From contig JAUCBJ010001307.1 in assembly GCA_032718475.1 (NCBI GenBank), positions 1 through 64,000 on the forward strand: DNA of 64,000 nt, written 5' to 3'. Origin of the DNA: Nemertoderma westbladi. Lineage: Eukaryota; Animalia; Xenacoelomorpha. Of the stretch, positions 35,537 through 47,027 are shown one piece after another. Position 1 is the stretch's first letter. Every line of letters begins with the position of its first letter. Below the pieces are notes generated by a model. That model was given only the letters and a program-made list of their open reading frames with translations. It did not search any database and was not told where the DNA came from. Both the position numbers and the translations under genes were made by a program.

Positions 35537-37147
35537 TTAATAGTCGCTATTTGCATAGCGTTGGGGAGGTCTGATGGTTCTCCCAGATCGGGTGTGGGTA
35601 GGGGTACCATTAGGGGGCGCCACATGTGGGGTAGGTGCCGGTGGCTGTGCCTGAGCCAGTGCTGGGCGGCTGGCGACCTCGCTCCAGGTAGGTTTGGGGT
35701 CTGATGGTGGGTTGGGCTGTGGTGCTGTTGGTGGCTGTCTCTCGGTTGATGGTGTGGGGAGGCCGCTAGGTGGCGCTGTAAATTGCCGCGTGTGTAGGAA
35801 AACGCGGTTGCGCCTCAGGACACGGCCGCTTTCCTGTCGCACAAGGTAGTCATGGTTGGGCATGGCCTCGACTATGGTTCCGTGTCCGGTCCATCGCCTG
35901 TTGCGGGGGTCCTGTTTAAGGACGGGGTGTCCAGTTGGCAGCGGCTTCGTGTGGCAGTTGTAGTTCGCTAACAGTTTTTCACGTGTGGTTTCCGCAATTG
36001 CGTCGAGTTGGTGGAATGTCTTGCGCCACTTCTCATCTAAGGCGGTGAAGTAGACGGGGAGGGACTCATGGATATTGTGGCCGTAAAGTAGTTCGGCGGG
36101 TGAGCATCCGCCATAACGTGGAGTGTTTTGGAACGCCAGTATCCCGCGTGCTATCCCGACCGAATCGTGTATGGCACCATGGATTATCTTCTTCACGGCC
36201 TTCACGGCGGCCTCCGCTCGACCGTTGGTGCGGGGGAGGTGGAGGCTGGATGGTTCCAGGGTGACACCCCACTGCCGGAGAAACTTTTTCACCTCCTCGG
36301 AAATGAGTTGTGTTCCACCATCTGGGTGGAAGATGGTAGGCACCGCTGTGGCAAGGAACAGCTGGCGTAGGCAATTCACAATGGGGGTGGATGTTGTGTT
36401 CGCGTTCAATCGGAATAACGTCGGCCATCCGGTGAACTCGTCGGTGACCACGAAATAGTTGGTCTGGTCGACTTGGAGGAGGTCGGCATGGACTCATTGG
36501 AATGGGCGGGTTGCATCCGGGTTACGTTGGAGTGGTTCTGCCGCGTGGGACGGGAGGGTTGTCTGACATGATTGGCACCGCTCAACCATCTGTTTGACGT
36601 CGTGGGCGATAGAGGGCCACCAAACAGACCGGCTGGCTCGGTCCCGGGTCTTGTTGAGACCCTGGTGGAGGGTCTCCGGGTGCATCTCGACTGGGATGTA
36701 GAGCTGTGGTCCACGGATGATGATGCCGTCGAGAACCATCAGTTCAGAGCGGTGCGCGAAATAAGGCCGGATGAGGTCGTCCTCCACATTGTGTTTGGAG
36801 GTCGGCCAGCCCTCCCTTATTATGGATAACAGGGCCCGGTATACAGGGTCACGTTGGCCGACGTCCCTCACCTGTTGGAGACGGGCGTCTCGGGACTCAA
36901 CTGACGGGATCTCGCCGCACGCGGTGTTAACGATAAACTCACGGTCGGCGTTGTCTTCGGCGGAGAGCAGGAGGTCGTCGGGCTGGGGGGTGTGGCGTGG
37001 TGCGCGGGAGAAGGCGTCTGCGATCAGGTGTTTAGACCCCTTCTGGTGTCTCGCTGTTAAGTTGTAGCGGGACAGCAGGGTTTTGAGTTTGAGGAGTCGG
37101 TCGTTACTCACCTGGTCCAGACGGCGGTCATTGAGGATAGGGATCAA
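35537..37147 (-). pseudogene. RNase H C-terminus plus integrase (stop ~36494)
   Basis: IADAFSRAP, HQG...WWP...CQSCQ, VTDEFTGWP, DGGTQ, NGRAEAAVK, TRSGR.IRPP.RY. Confidence 0.88.
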
Positions 37148-37701
37148 TGAATGGGCTGCATTCCGTGACTATCTCGAAGTGACACAACCCATCGAGAAAG
37201 TAACGACTCCCACAGCGCCGGTGGCGGCCCAGTAACGGGAGGTTGTGGCTGGGTGGTGGGAGTTGGAGGTGGCGGCTGTGCCTGCAGGGTGTGGCTGGTG
37301 GTTGGTGCGCATTGTGGCAGGGCTGCACTGCGAGTGGGTGGCTGGCTGCCCCGGAGAATCGGGCTCTGGAGGATGCCTAAAAGGAAACAAGTTCTGCTCG
37401 ATAGCAGTGGCTGGTGTAGGCCATCCAGGACCCAGACTTCCATGGTGCAAGCTGTATGCAGCGAGTGGCACTGGATGGTCGCCTGGAATACTCCTTTGAA
37501 TAACCACCCTGAACGACTGCCACTGGCTAATCGGGGTGGTTGGATCACCGAGTTGGTTAGGCGGAGGTTAGCGGTGGTCCCACCGAATTCCAAGAAGATC
37601 CGGAAAGGGATGGCGGTTATGTTGGCGCCGGAGTCCAGGAGGAACTGGAGCTCCTTGAAACCAAACTTTGGGTTCCTGGTGACTTGGAGGCCCACGGTCA
37701 C
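37144..37701 (-). pseudogene. Retroviral-type aspartic protease, fused to the RT deletion junction
   Basis: FLLDSGANITAI, PLLS..TC..LGIL. Confidence 0.8.
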
Positions 37702-37722
37702 CGTTTCCAGAGCCTCCAGTTG

Positions 37723-38766
37723 CTATAAGGCAGAAATGATGGGGGCGCTCTCCAGTTCAGTGCCTGAAAGGATCGACCACACCTCGGCAGTGCCAGAATA
37801 GGCCGCGTCCTCCTCTGTGTGAGGGTGGGAGGGTGGTGGTACGTCTGCAGCGTGGGACTGGGGCTCGCGTTGGCGGGGGCACATCCTGTTGTAATGCCCC
37901 AATTTGTTGCAGTGGCGGTAGCGGGCGTTGGTGCCGGGGCAGGATTCACCGGGTCCGTGGGGTGGGTAGCCACAGTTTGAGCAACGCGAGGCCGATGTGG
38001 GGTTCTGGTTGCGTCGGTTTCCTGGTGGGCGGTTGCGTGGTGGTACATTGGCCCACGAGGCTGCGGGTGTCACTGGGGTTGGTGCAGCAGGGGCAGATAT
38101 CATTGCGGGGTCCTTGCGGGCGGTCCAAGCGGACTGGGCGAGGTGTAGGGCGGCGGTGATGGAGCTGCCACTGGGGAGGCGGAGCAGTTGCTCTGTCACC
38201 TTCTTATTGCTGAAACCCACAATGAACTGATCGAGGAGCCGTTCATTGAAGTGGTCATCAGCGGAAGGGAGTGCCTTGAAGCCGCACTTGGCTGCGATTT
38301 CTCGCAGATTAACGAGGAACGCTTCCGGGGTCTCCTCGGTCAGTCGGGCGCGCCGGGTCAGTTCTTGGCGGTGCACCCGCTTGTTGGTTCCTCCTTTAAT
38401 GTGGGTGTCTAGGGAGGCGATCACAGTATCGGCGTTTTGGTTGTCTGCTGCTGACAAACCGAGACCCTTCACCATCATAGCGTTCGTGCTGCACGAGAAT
38501 GCCATGGTTAGGGCGGCCCGCCGTAGGCGATTCGTTACGCGCAGTAGTTCTGCTGATACCGTGGGGTCCGGTGGATTGTTGGGGTCGGCAGTCCGCAGGT
38601 TTTCCATGCCGGACGTGACCAGGAACGCATCCCACTCATCTCTCCACAGGTCCCACGTCGACTGTTCGGAGTCGATGTCGAAGGCGGGGGGAACACAGCG
38701 GAGGATAAATGAGTGGGGGTCTCGGTGGTCATTAGCCATTCGGTAGAGTGTTAGAAATGGATCCAA
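37723..38766 (-). CDS. Gag with tandem CCHC zinc knuckles
   Basis: CSNCGYPPHGPGESC...HCNKLGHYNRMC; LREIAAKCGF...LLDQFIVG. Confidence 0.88.
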   Translation of the reverse strand: MDPFLTLYRMANDHRDPHSFILRCVPPAFDIDSEQSTWDLWRDEWDAFLVTSGMENLRTADPNNPPDPTVSAELLRVTNRLRRAALTMAFSCSTNAMMVKGLGLSAADNQNADTVIASLDTHIKGGTNKRVHRQELTRRARLTEETPEAFLVNLREIAAKCGFKALPSADDHFNERLLDQFIVGFSNKKVTEQLLRLPSGSSITAALHLAQSAWTARKDPAMISAPAAPTPVTPAASWANVPPRNRPPGNRRNQNPTSASRCSNCGYPPHGPGESCPGTNARYRHCNKLGHYNRMCPRQREPQSHAADVPPPSHPHTEEDAAYSGTAEVWSILSGTELESAPIISAL

Positions 38767-38910
38767 TATCAGAATATAGGCTAATATAAATAATATTGAA
38801 TAGTACTATTTACCAGCTTGACGTGTCAGTCAGTGCAGCAGTCAGATACAGCAGATAGTACATTGTAGTGGGTAGGGAAGACCTACCAGTACAGAGGTAG
38901 TACTGTAGTG

Positions 38911-38935
38911 GGTTCGTATCCTACACACTGCGCCA
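38911..38935 (-). other. Primer-binding site, tRNA-Ser-like
   Basis: TGGCGCAGTGTGTAGGATACGAACC directly after the 5' LTR, complementary to a tRNA 3' end including the T-arm. Confidence 0.75.
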
Positions 38936-39799
38936 AGTGTAATCTGTATAATAATCATAAGTCAGTATCGCGTAATAAATCTAACCGGTAAGAGATATAT
39001 ATATAAGGCCTTCAAACACGTACAGTATATCGGGATTACACACTTAATAACCACCCACCCAGGTATCACTGGGTATTAGTGACCCCTCCCTGCGACACGG
39101 TTGTTGTTACCTCCCAGCAGCCTGGCAGGCAAACGGCAACTTCCTCCTTGTCAACTCTGTTCCTCTGAATGTCTCACCCTCTCTACTATGTAGTGGAGGA
39201 GTCCGCTGATCGTTTTATCTAGTGATGTCATCCCATAGATCCCCACTAGTCGTTACTTTTGTTACCAGTTTCTCCACCATCCCAGTCTCTCACCAAACTG
39301 ATGGTGCATTGGTAAGGCTCAGTAAGACAAGAGACAACTAATTCTACCTGAATTAGTGTTAAAATCCTGGGATGGCTACCCCTTTCTCCCTTATTCTATC
39401 ATCATTCATGAGTCACGTGTCAACTCTCTCTCTAACCTCGCAATTTTGTCCATTACCTTTTAATTATGTTTCTAGAATTTTGAATTTTCAGTTACTACGA
39501 TTTCTTCACCTTGCTATATTTATTTTACCCATACATCTTTGCTATTTATTAAGTAGCACCTCATCAGTTGATTACTTCGTAAGTAATTCATCACTACTTA
39601 TTGTATGTTTACAGAAAAGACTAGCTACAATTTTCCTATTGTATAATAACTTTCCACCAGACAGCTTTCTGGGTCTGTAACAATACTCTAAGTCTGCACC
39701 CAAAGTTATGCGCTATAGTAGTATAGTTCGTGTGGCCTACACTATCTATCCTACCACGCCTACATATCCCCCTCAACTCCTCACATGGCACTCTCAGTG

Positions 39800-40390
39800 C
39801 ACACTATAGTACATATTATGTACTATTATTGGTCCCATTGACCCGGCATTAGTACATATGGTCCCATTGACCCGGCATTAGTACTTATTATGTACGTTAG
39901 TACATGGTGCTCATCAGACATACATAATGTGTACTCATCTAATCCTAAATGTGGTACTATGCACCCTTCTAATCCTAAATGTGGTAGGTACTATGTACCC
40001 TTCTAATCCTAAAAAATAGTACATATTATATACTATCATTTCCCATTGACCCGGTGTTAGTGTGCATATAATTATGTACATTAGTACAGGTGTACTCATC
40101 AGATGTATGCGTATGTATGTATGTTAGTACGTTTGTACTCATTGAGCGTATGTAATTATGTCCATCTATTCCTAAATATTATGTACATTAGTACATTTGT
40201 ACTCATCAGATGTACGTAATATGTATGATAGTACAGGTGTACTCATCAGACGTATGTATGTACATTAGTACGTTTGTACTCATCAGACATATGTAATGTT
40301 CATCTAAACCTAAATAATATGTACGTTAGTACAAGTGTACTTTTCAGATGTATGTACATTAGTACGTTTGTACTCATCGAGCGTACGTGT
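39800..40390. repeat. Degenerate AT-rich tandem repeat (~36-40 bp; gtactcatcag...tacattagtac)
   Basis: Recurrent gtactcatc, tacattagtac, ctaatcctaaa and cccattgacccgg motifs. Confidence 0.75.
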
Positions 40391-40871
40391 TTTATATGTT
40401 TTGTGGGAAGGGTTTATCACCCTCATTCCCACCCCCTCAGTACAATTTATTGGATGACTCATCAACCTAAGGGCGATTGTTCCAGCAGTCAACTTTCCCA
40501 CTGCCCTCTTGTAATGTAGGTCTTCTTATCTCTCGCCCTAGCCTCCTTATCTCACATAATTCTTCATCGTCTTTTGGCGGTTTTCATCTTGTCGTCACTT
40601 GGTGGCAGAATGCCACCCTTCATCTTGTTGTCACTGGTACATTCCACCTTTGATGGCCTCCCCATCAGTATGTGCACTGGCATTAAAGCCCCCGATGACC
40701 CTTGGTCATCATTCAGTAGGCATAATGATTTACCATTTATTGCCCTGTTTATTTTTTATAGAGATGCCTCAATTAACTTGTTATTGTGTTTTTTGACAAC
40801 TAAATATATATAGAATTCGTATAACTAAACTTTCAATTTGATTTAGAATCACCATTGAAATATATTGAGGT

Positions 40872-41030
40872 TTTTTTGTAAAAATTCTGACTTATGGTGT
40901 TTTGCCAAAATAAGGAGGAACACCTATTCTGGGATTATCCCGCAACTATTCGATAGTTGAGGGGTATTGCCTAGAAAACAAGGCATCCTCAATTAGGCAA
41001 AACACCATAAGTCCGATTTTTTACAAAAAA
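40872..41030. repeat. Short inverted-repeat element (MITE-like)
   Basis: tttttgtaaaaa..gacttatggtgttttgcc / ggcaaaacaccataagtc..tttttacaaaaa. Confidence 0.65.
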
Positions 41031-41569
41031 CACGCAAAATATATCAATTACTAGCCAAGGCATATCATGCATCCTTAATTATTTAGTGCGTAGTGCGCAC
41101 GTAGCTAATACTAACAAGTGCGCATGCTTCTAAAATAAGTATGGAACTATAGTTAGAATCATGTATCAATACAAATTGAACAAAATGTAACCAAATGCAG
41201 AACTATAACATCAAAATGTAGATTCAAGCAAGTGGAACTCTAAGTACAAAATATAGCCATGGGTGGCACTCTACATTAAGAACAAAGTCTAGCTACAGGG
41301 TTACAGCTACTTTAAAGTTAAGGTAAAGTTAACTTACGTCATGTCATGACAAATAATTAAAGACCGTTTTTATCTACGTGGCAACATTTTGAGCAACCTA
41401 TCAGCAACTTGGTGAGCAAGTCAGGTTGCCAATCAAGTTGCTCTATGTAAACGCGAAGTTTGTTGATGTAAAATGACGCCTCATAACGGAGACTAAAAGA
41501 TAATGTTACTCAAATTAAGTTGTCCAAAATTGTCCGAAGTCCGAAGTTGTCCGGAACCCCATAGCAACT

Positions 41570-42650
41570 TGGACACAAACATTAAATGAGGGGCAGATAT
41601 TTATCAGCGCCACAAACATTAATGTGGGACAAACATTAATCAGGGGGAAAAACATTAATATGGGACACAAACATGCAAAGCAATACCATATTCTCACCAA
41701 ACCAATAAACTATGTTATTACCAATTGAAGGAAAGGAGCATGTTACAGAGATGGGTTTTCTAACCAAAACAATAAACGATTATGTTACCAATTAAGGGAA
41801 GGAGTAAAAAAATGATGTAAATGAGGGGGAAATGGGAATGGAGGTAACAGCACTGTGTGGGGGGGGGTAACAGGAATGGTGGGGGTACGAGGTAAATGGG
41901 AATTATGGGGGATACCAGCCGGGGGGGGGGGGGGGGGGGGGGAGTGGTAACAGCAAAACAGGCAGCTGAACAAGGTAACCAAACGTCGCTTTCAATTAGG
42001 TAGATGGAATGTCTGACTTTCATCGAAGCTCACATTCTCATGATAGTATTTTTTCAGTTATTCACTTAATATCTGATGGCAAGCATCGCCATCGCTCATA
42101 TTAATTTTCATTGACCCCTATTAAGGTGTCCCCCATTAATGTTTTTGACCCAGATTTATTTTAGTGTCTATGATTAATGTCTTTTATTAACCCTTACCAA
42201 TGTTTGTGCCCTTGATTAATGTGTGTCTTTCCCTAATTACTATAATGTTTGCGTCCCTTGTTTAATGTTTGTGTCCCTCATTAATGATCGCGTCCCTCAT
42301 TAATGTTTGTACCCCTGATTAATGTATGTCCCTCATTAATGTTTGTGTCCCTCATTAAAGTTTGGGCCTCTTATCAATGTGTGTCCCTCATTAATGTTTG
42401 CGACCCTCATTAATATTTGCGTCCCTCATTAATGTTAGTGTTAGTTTTGTGTCCCTAATGTATGTCCCTTATTAATGTTTGTGCCCTTGATTGATATCTG
42501 TCCCTCGTTTAATGTTTGTGTCCCTGATTAAAATATTTGTGTCCCTCATTAATATCTGTGTCCCTTATTAATGTTTGTGTCCCTGATTAAAATATTTGTG
42601 TCCCTCATTTATATCTGTGTCCCTTATTAATGTATGTGTCCCTTATTAAT
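41570..42650. repeat. ~21-23-bp minisatellite arms in inverted orientation (foldback-like)
   Basis: ggacacaaacattaat units at 41570-41670 versus attaatgtttgtgtccctc units at 42120-42650. Confidence 0.8.
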
Positions 42651-42947
42651 GAGAAATTACAGGGTTTTGCCAGGTTGTTATTTCTGATTTAAGGGGTTTT
42701 ACCAGGTGGACTGAATTTCATATACTTGAATTTACGGTGTTTTACAAGCCAATTATTGACTTGTGGGGTTCTGCCTCGAAGTGGGCATTAGTTACTGTCT
42801 TTAGCTTATAGTATGGCTGGTTGAAAAGTTATGGGGTTCTGCCAGACGAAAAAGCCGATATCGAAGTACCCAAAAAGTCAAAAACATGAAAATCGAAAAA
42901 AATCTACTTAGGGGTTCTGCCTTGTAGGTGGCGTTATATAGTTGTAC

Positions 42948-44400
42948 TTGACACAGTGAACCAGGCGTAGCATTCTTGTGATTGTGCCATCTAGAGATTT
43001 GGTATCCTCAGCAGTTAGAGCCAGCATGGACTCCCATAGAGGAGTACTGGAACTACTGCTGTTCTAAATAATCGGACCTTAAGTTTCTGATTAATTCTAT
43101 GTGACTTCCAAATTCTGGAAAGCCCATTCAAGGCTGCCCATGCATTTCCCTTACATATTCGAAATTCCTCACCTGACTTCCGGATCCATGATCACAGGTA
43201 ACAGAGGGACTGCAGAGTTTATCCAGTTTTGTCACCACCATGCAATCCACAATTGGCAAGCACAATGCAGCGTGCATTAAGAATACTATGCTGGCTTATC
43301 AACAAAGTTGCACCACCACGACTTCATATCCCCCATGACTTCGTCAGATTATCTGCATCTTCAAGGACAGTGTCCTTTAGGAGGCTTCTCACGAAAGTCA
43401 TGGCCTGTCCACCATTCTTATTTTCTCCATGGGGCTGCCAAAGCACAAGATTGTGCACTGCACAGGCTGGTCCTCATGGCAAAAACAATGTCCTGCAAAG
43501 CGGAGCTCAGTGAACATAGAGGAGTACTGGAAATACTGCTGATCTAAATAATCGGACCTTAATAATCCGATGAATTCTGTGTGAATCATTTTTTCTGCTT
43601 CTTTTGGAGTTAACAAAAAGAAGCACCTGAAAGCAGCCTGTTCTAATGACCCGAGGAGGCGTTGGGCTCCCCCTCTAGTGATGCTGAGATTACTTCTAAG
43701 ACATCGGCAAAGTCTAGTTCAGTTAGGTACTTGGCAGGATTTCCTTGACTTCTGGAGCCAGAATGTGGAGTTACCATCACCCTATCATCATTATGATGAT
43801 CTAGGACATGCGTAGAACAAAATCAACAACAATTATGAAAAAGAATGGTCCTAGTGTGTCTCCCTGTTGGTCTCCCCATAACACTCTGAATGGTTCTGTG
43901 TCACCATCAACAGTAGACACAAATGTCATCAAACCATCGTATACTGATCTGATTTCTGAATTAATTTGATGAGGAATCCCATATAATGAAAGTCTGCTGA
44001 AAATATGTGAGCGAGAGACTCAAACAAGGGCCTTGAAGAAGTCAAAGATAACAGCCAGATGCCTGCCTGTCTTTCTTTTTTGATAACTCTTCAATTATCC
44101 TTCTAAGTACCAAAATGGGCTCCATGGTCCCACGACCTTTACAGAACCCATTCTGATTTCCACGGAGCAGTCACTCAATGGGATCCCTGATGCGATTTAA
44201 TAGAATTATATTGTATATCTTTGCAGCAATCGAGATCAATGAGATTCCCGAAACGATCCATAGAGTGTTAGGTTGCCCTTCTTGGGAACTGGCACCAACT
44301 TATTTGTTTTCATTTCTTGTTGGACTCTTGTTGTTTGGTACATGTCTACTATGATGGGATAAATAAGCTCCAAAGCAGCTTAATTTCCCACTTAGAGTGA
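42948..44400 (-). mobile_element. Rearranged, decayed RTE family A copy (RT region)
   Basis: Blocks homologous to 11565-12560 in shuffled order; upstream VPVPKKG, QNGF, YGIP, QGDTL motifs. Confidence 0.88.
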
Positions 44401-45008
44401 AACCATCATTACCGCTGTGTCATTCACACTCCATGTTGTACCCTGTGGCACACCACGCCTGTGAATATACCTTAGTGTGTTGCTACTATGTGCATTGTTT
44501 TAGTAGCTAGTGCTACAGTTTTAGTAGAATTTAAGAAGATAATTATATCATTATTTATATGCCTCAAAACAACAAAACCGTATGTTTATGTATTGATTTC
44601 ACTTTCAATTTGATAACATCACAATGCCATTTGATTGACATTACATTGTATTAATAGTTAGATTAATGGATTATTTAATTAATCAAGCATGTTATGTACA
44701 AAACCTTACCAGTATGTACAGCAAAAGCACAAAGAATAATGGAACCATGACCTAGATGTTACAAGCAATAGGTAATCAGTTAACACCAATCAGCTGATAA
44801 GTATTCATATAAAAATTAATTGTTAATTTATTAAATTTTAATTTATGAAATCTGCTTATTTAACAAGTTTAGTTTTACTATTTAGCTTATTATATAGCTA
44901 TAGCTTATTATTTAGCTTATTATATATACTTCTATATGTTTAGTTTATATATACTTCTATATGTTTAGTTGATGTTGTGTCACTTTGGGAATATTTTTTC
45001 AAGTATTC

Positions 45009-46004
45009 TTACTTAGGACCTACTTTAAACCATTTCTTAATTCCATAAATATTACTAGTAATTGTTACATGCAAACTGTGGTTAATAACAAGCATAGTAA
45101 ATGGCACACAAAATGTATATAATATTAAAAATATCTCAGTTACAGCTAATAATTGAGGATTATTTATATCCCACGTCACAAATGTCATATACCCTACGAT
45201 TTGCTCTGGAAAACGTAACATTAAGAATATCAATAAAATCACATTAACTAATTTATTGTCTGTTTTGAAAAAAATCATATACCAATTGACATGCCTAAAC
45301 ATTCCAAATTCTCTAACAGATGTGTAAATAATAGATAATAATATTGAAATGTAAGGAAGTAAAATAAATACTGTCTTAACAATTCCATTAAAAACTAAAC
45401 TTAAAGAATTCAATGATGTTCTTGTGAAACAAACAGGTTCATCATTAGCTATTTGGCGTGTTACCATGGACATATGATAATGAATGCTCACATTAATAAT
45501 TGTAATTAAAAATATAAGAATTGATAAAACATTAATATGCCGTATAACTATGTGGAGTTTGAAGAACTTTATAATCTGTTCATAATATTTATTCAAATTG
45601 TCGACATAGTAGAGAAATATACCAATACTAGTGAGAAAAAGCGAAAAACGTCTCAGGCCAATTCGTATGAAACACACATAAACAACATAAACGAGCTTAG
45701 AAAAGGCTCCCGTAGGCTCGCGAACAGATTTTATTACAATAGATCTGTCACCGATACTGGGTACAACCCACTGTAGAAGAAATATTATATCTCCTAAACA
45801 ATGCAATTGGAATAAATGATGAATTCGATCACCACGGAGAGATTTTGAACATTTCAAAAGCAAAAACGTCAATATATTTATTGGTAGACTTAGTATATAT
45901 ATGAAATATGGTAAAACATATTCTCCAATAATTGTATATTCTTTAATATTATTGTAGTTCAAATTACTATTATCAATATAAACAGTTGTAATATTATGAT
46001 ACAT
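45009..46004 (-). CDS. Divergent 7TM/GPCR-like protein (331 aa, intronless)
   Basis: About seven hydrophobic segments; TM1 LPIN, TM2 D, TM5 LP, TM6 RFPEQ; N-terminal NIT sequon; lacks DRY. Confidence 0.75.
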   Translation of the reverse strand: MYHNITTVYIDNSNLNYNNIKEYTIIGEYVLPYFIYILSLPINILTFLLLKCSKSLRGDRIHHLFQLHCLGDIIFLLQWVVPSIGDRSIVIKSVREPTGAFSKLVYVVYVCFIRIGLRRFSLFLTSIGIFLYYVDNLNKYYEQIIKFFKLHIVIRHINVLSILIFLITIINVSIHYHMSMVTRQIANDEPVCFTRTSLNSLSLVFNGIVKTVFILLPYISILLSIIYTSVREFGMFRHVNWYMIFFKTDNKLVNVILLIFLMLRFPEQIVGYMTFVTWDINNPQLLAVTEIFLILYTFCVPFTMLVINHSLHVTITSNIYGIKKWFKVGPK

Positions 46005-46699
46005 TTTGATAATTCAAATTTACATATACAGTATAGGGTTGCTGCACGAAAAAATTGTAGGGCTAGAAACAATCAAATAAGGGGTAACAAGGTGCCCTGG
46101 ATCGAGTGGCAGGGTGTGTTTTTTATAAAAAAAACGTGGAAACAGTCGAAATGGCGGGTTGAATTTTTCAATTTTGAAAATCGGCTGTGATTGGGTGTTA
46201 CAGTTTTGACGTTATTACGAAGTGATCTGATAATTTTTTATCTGGGTGTCTATGGAGAGAGATGTTCGATCGATTCAAATACACATTAAATCTCAATCAT
46301 TTCACATGTGGATTATATCAATTGAAAGCGAAGAGTCTAACGCGTCTTTAACACTACAATTAATTAATTCATGATGATGAACATTGATAAATAGATGTAT
46401 TGAGCTGTATTTCCAGCAGCAATACCGGTACTGCATTCCAATCTGTATCGATTACGGTATATTAGATTTAAAGTAACACTAAACTTGTAATACCGGTCAG
46501 CCGGTACTATAATACAGTAATAATTGGCAGTACTGCAGTAAGCTACTTGAATATTAAAAATGTGTACCGGTCACTGGTAAACCCTACTTAATGAAGTAAA
46601 TCTGCAATATGAAGCGCCGTTTATGCCAAAACTATCTGAATAAATATTATACTCAAGATGTGTCAATAAAAAATATTATACTTAAGATGTATCTAAATC

Positions 46700-46872
46700 C
46701 TCGGCCGAGATTCTCGGCCGAGTTTTTCTCGGCCGAGATCTCGGCCGAGATGTCAGCCGAGTTTTCTCTGCCGAGTTTTTCTCGGCCGAGATCTCGGCCG
46801 AGATTCTCGGCCGAGTTTTTCTTGGCTGAGTTTTTCTCGGCCGAGTTTTTCTCGGCCGAGTTTTTCTCGGCC
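46700..46872. repeat. Tandem array of the palindrome CTCGGCCGAG (mostly 15-bp period)
   Basis: ~12 copies separated by ttttt/att/at spacers. Confidence 0.92.
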
Positions 46873-47027
46873 AAGAAAGTATTAAAATATGATACGGCGG
46901 GAAATTTAAAATGGCATTGTATTTGCAATAATTACAGTATTACAGCAGTACAGTACATATGCCTGCATCCTATTGCTACCGTTTCACTTCACGATCCTAC
47001 ACGTGTGCAGCTATGCCCATGGCTGTA

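Larger units (their letters stand above)
35353..39042 (-). mobile_element. Mag-clade Ty3/gypsy LTR retrotransposon, RT deleted (3.7 kb)
   Basis: LTRs 35353-35444 and 38936-39042; 5-bp TSD cttaa; PBS TGGCGCAGT; gag, protease, RNase H tail and integrase present. Confidence 0.93.

Noticed and set aside
36066-38746. Many overlapping alternative-frame and antisense ORFs in the Mag element
   Set aside because: Expected shadow ORFs in GC-rich coding sequence
39900-40390. Tandem CTGATGA-GTAC-loop-GTAC on the minus strand resembling hammerhead ribozyme cores
   Set aside because: The stem is followed by TAAT/TATC rather than the required GAAA, and no stem III/UH site is evident
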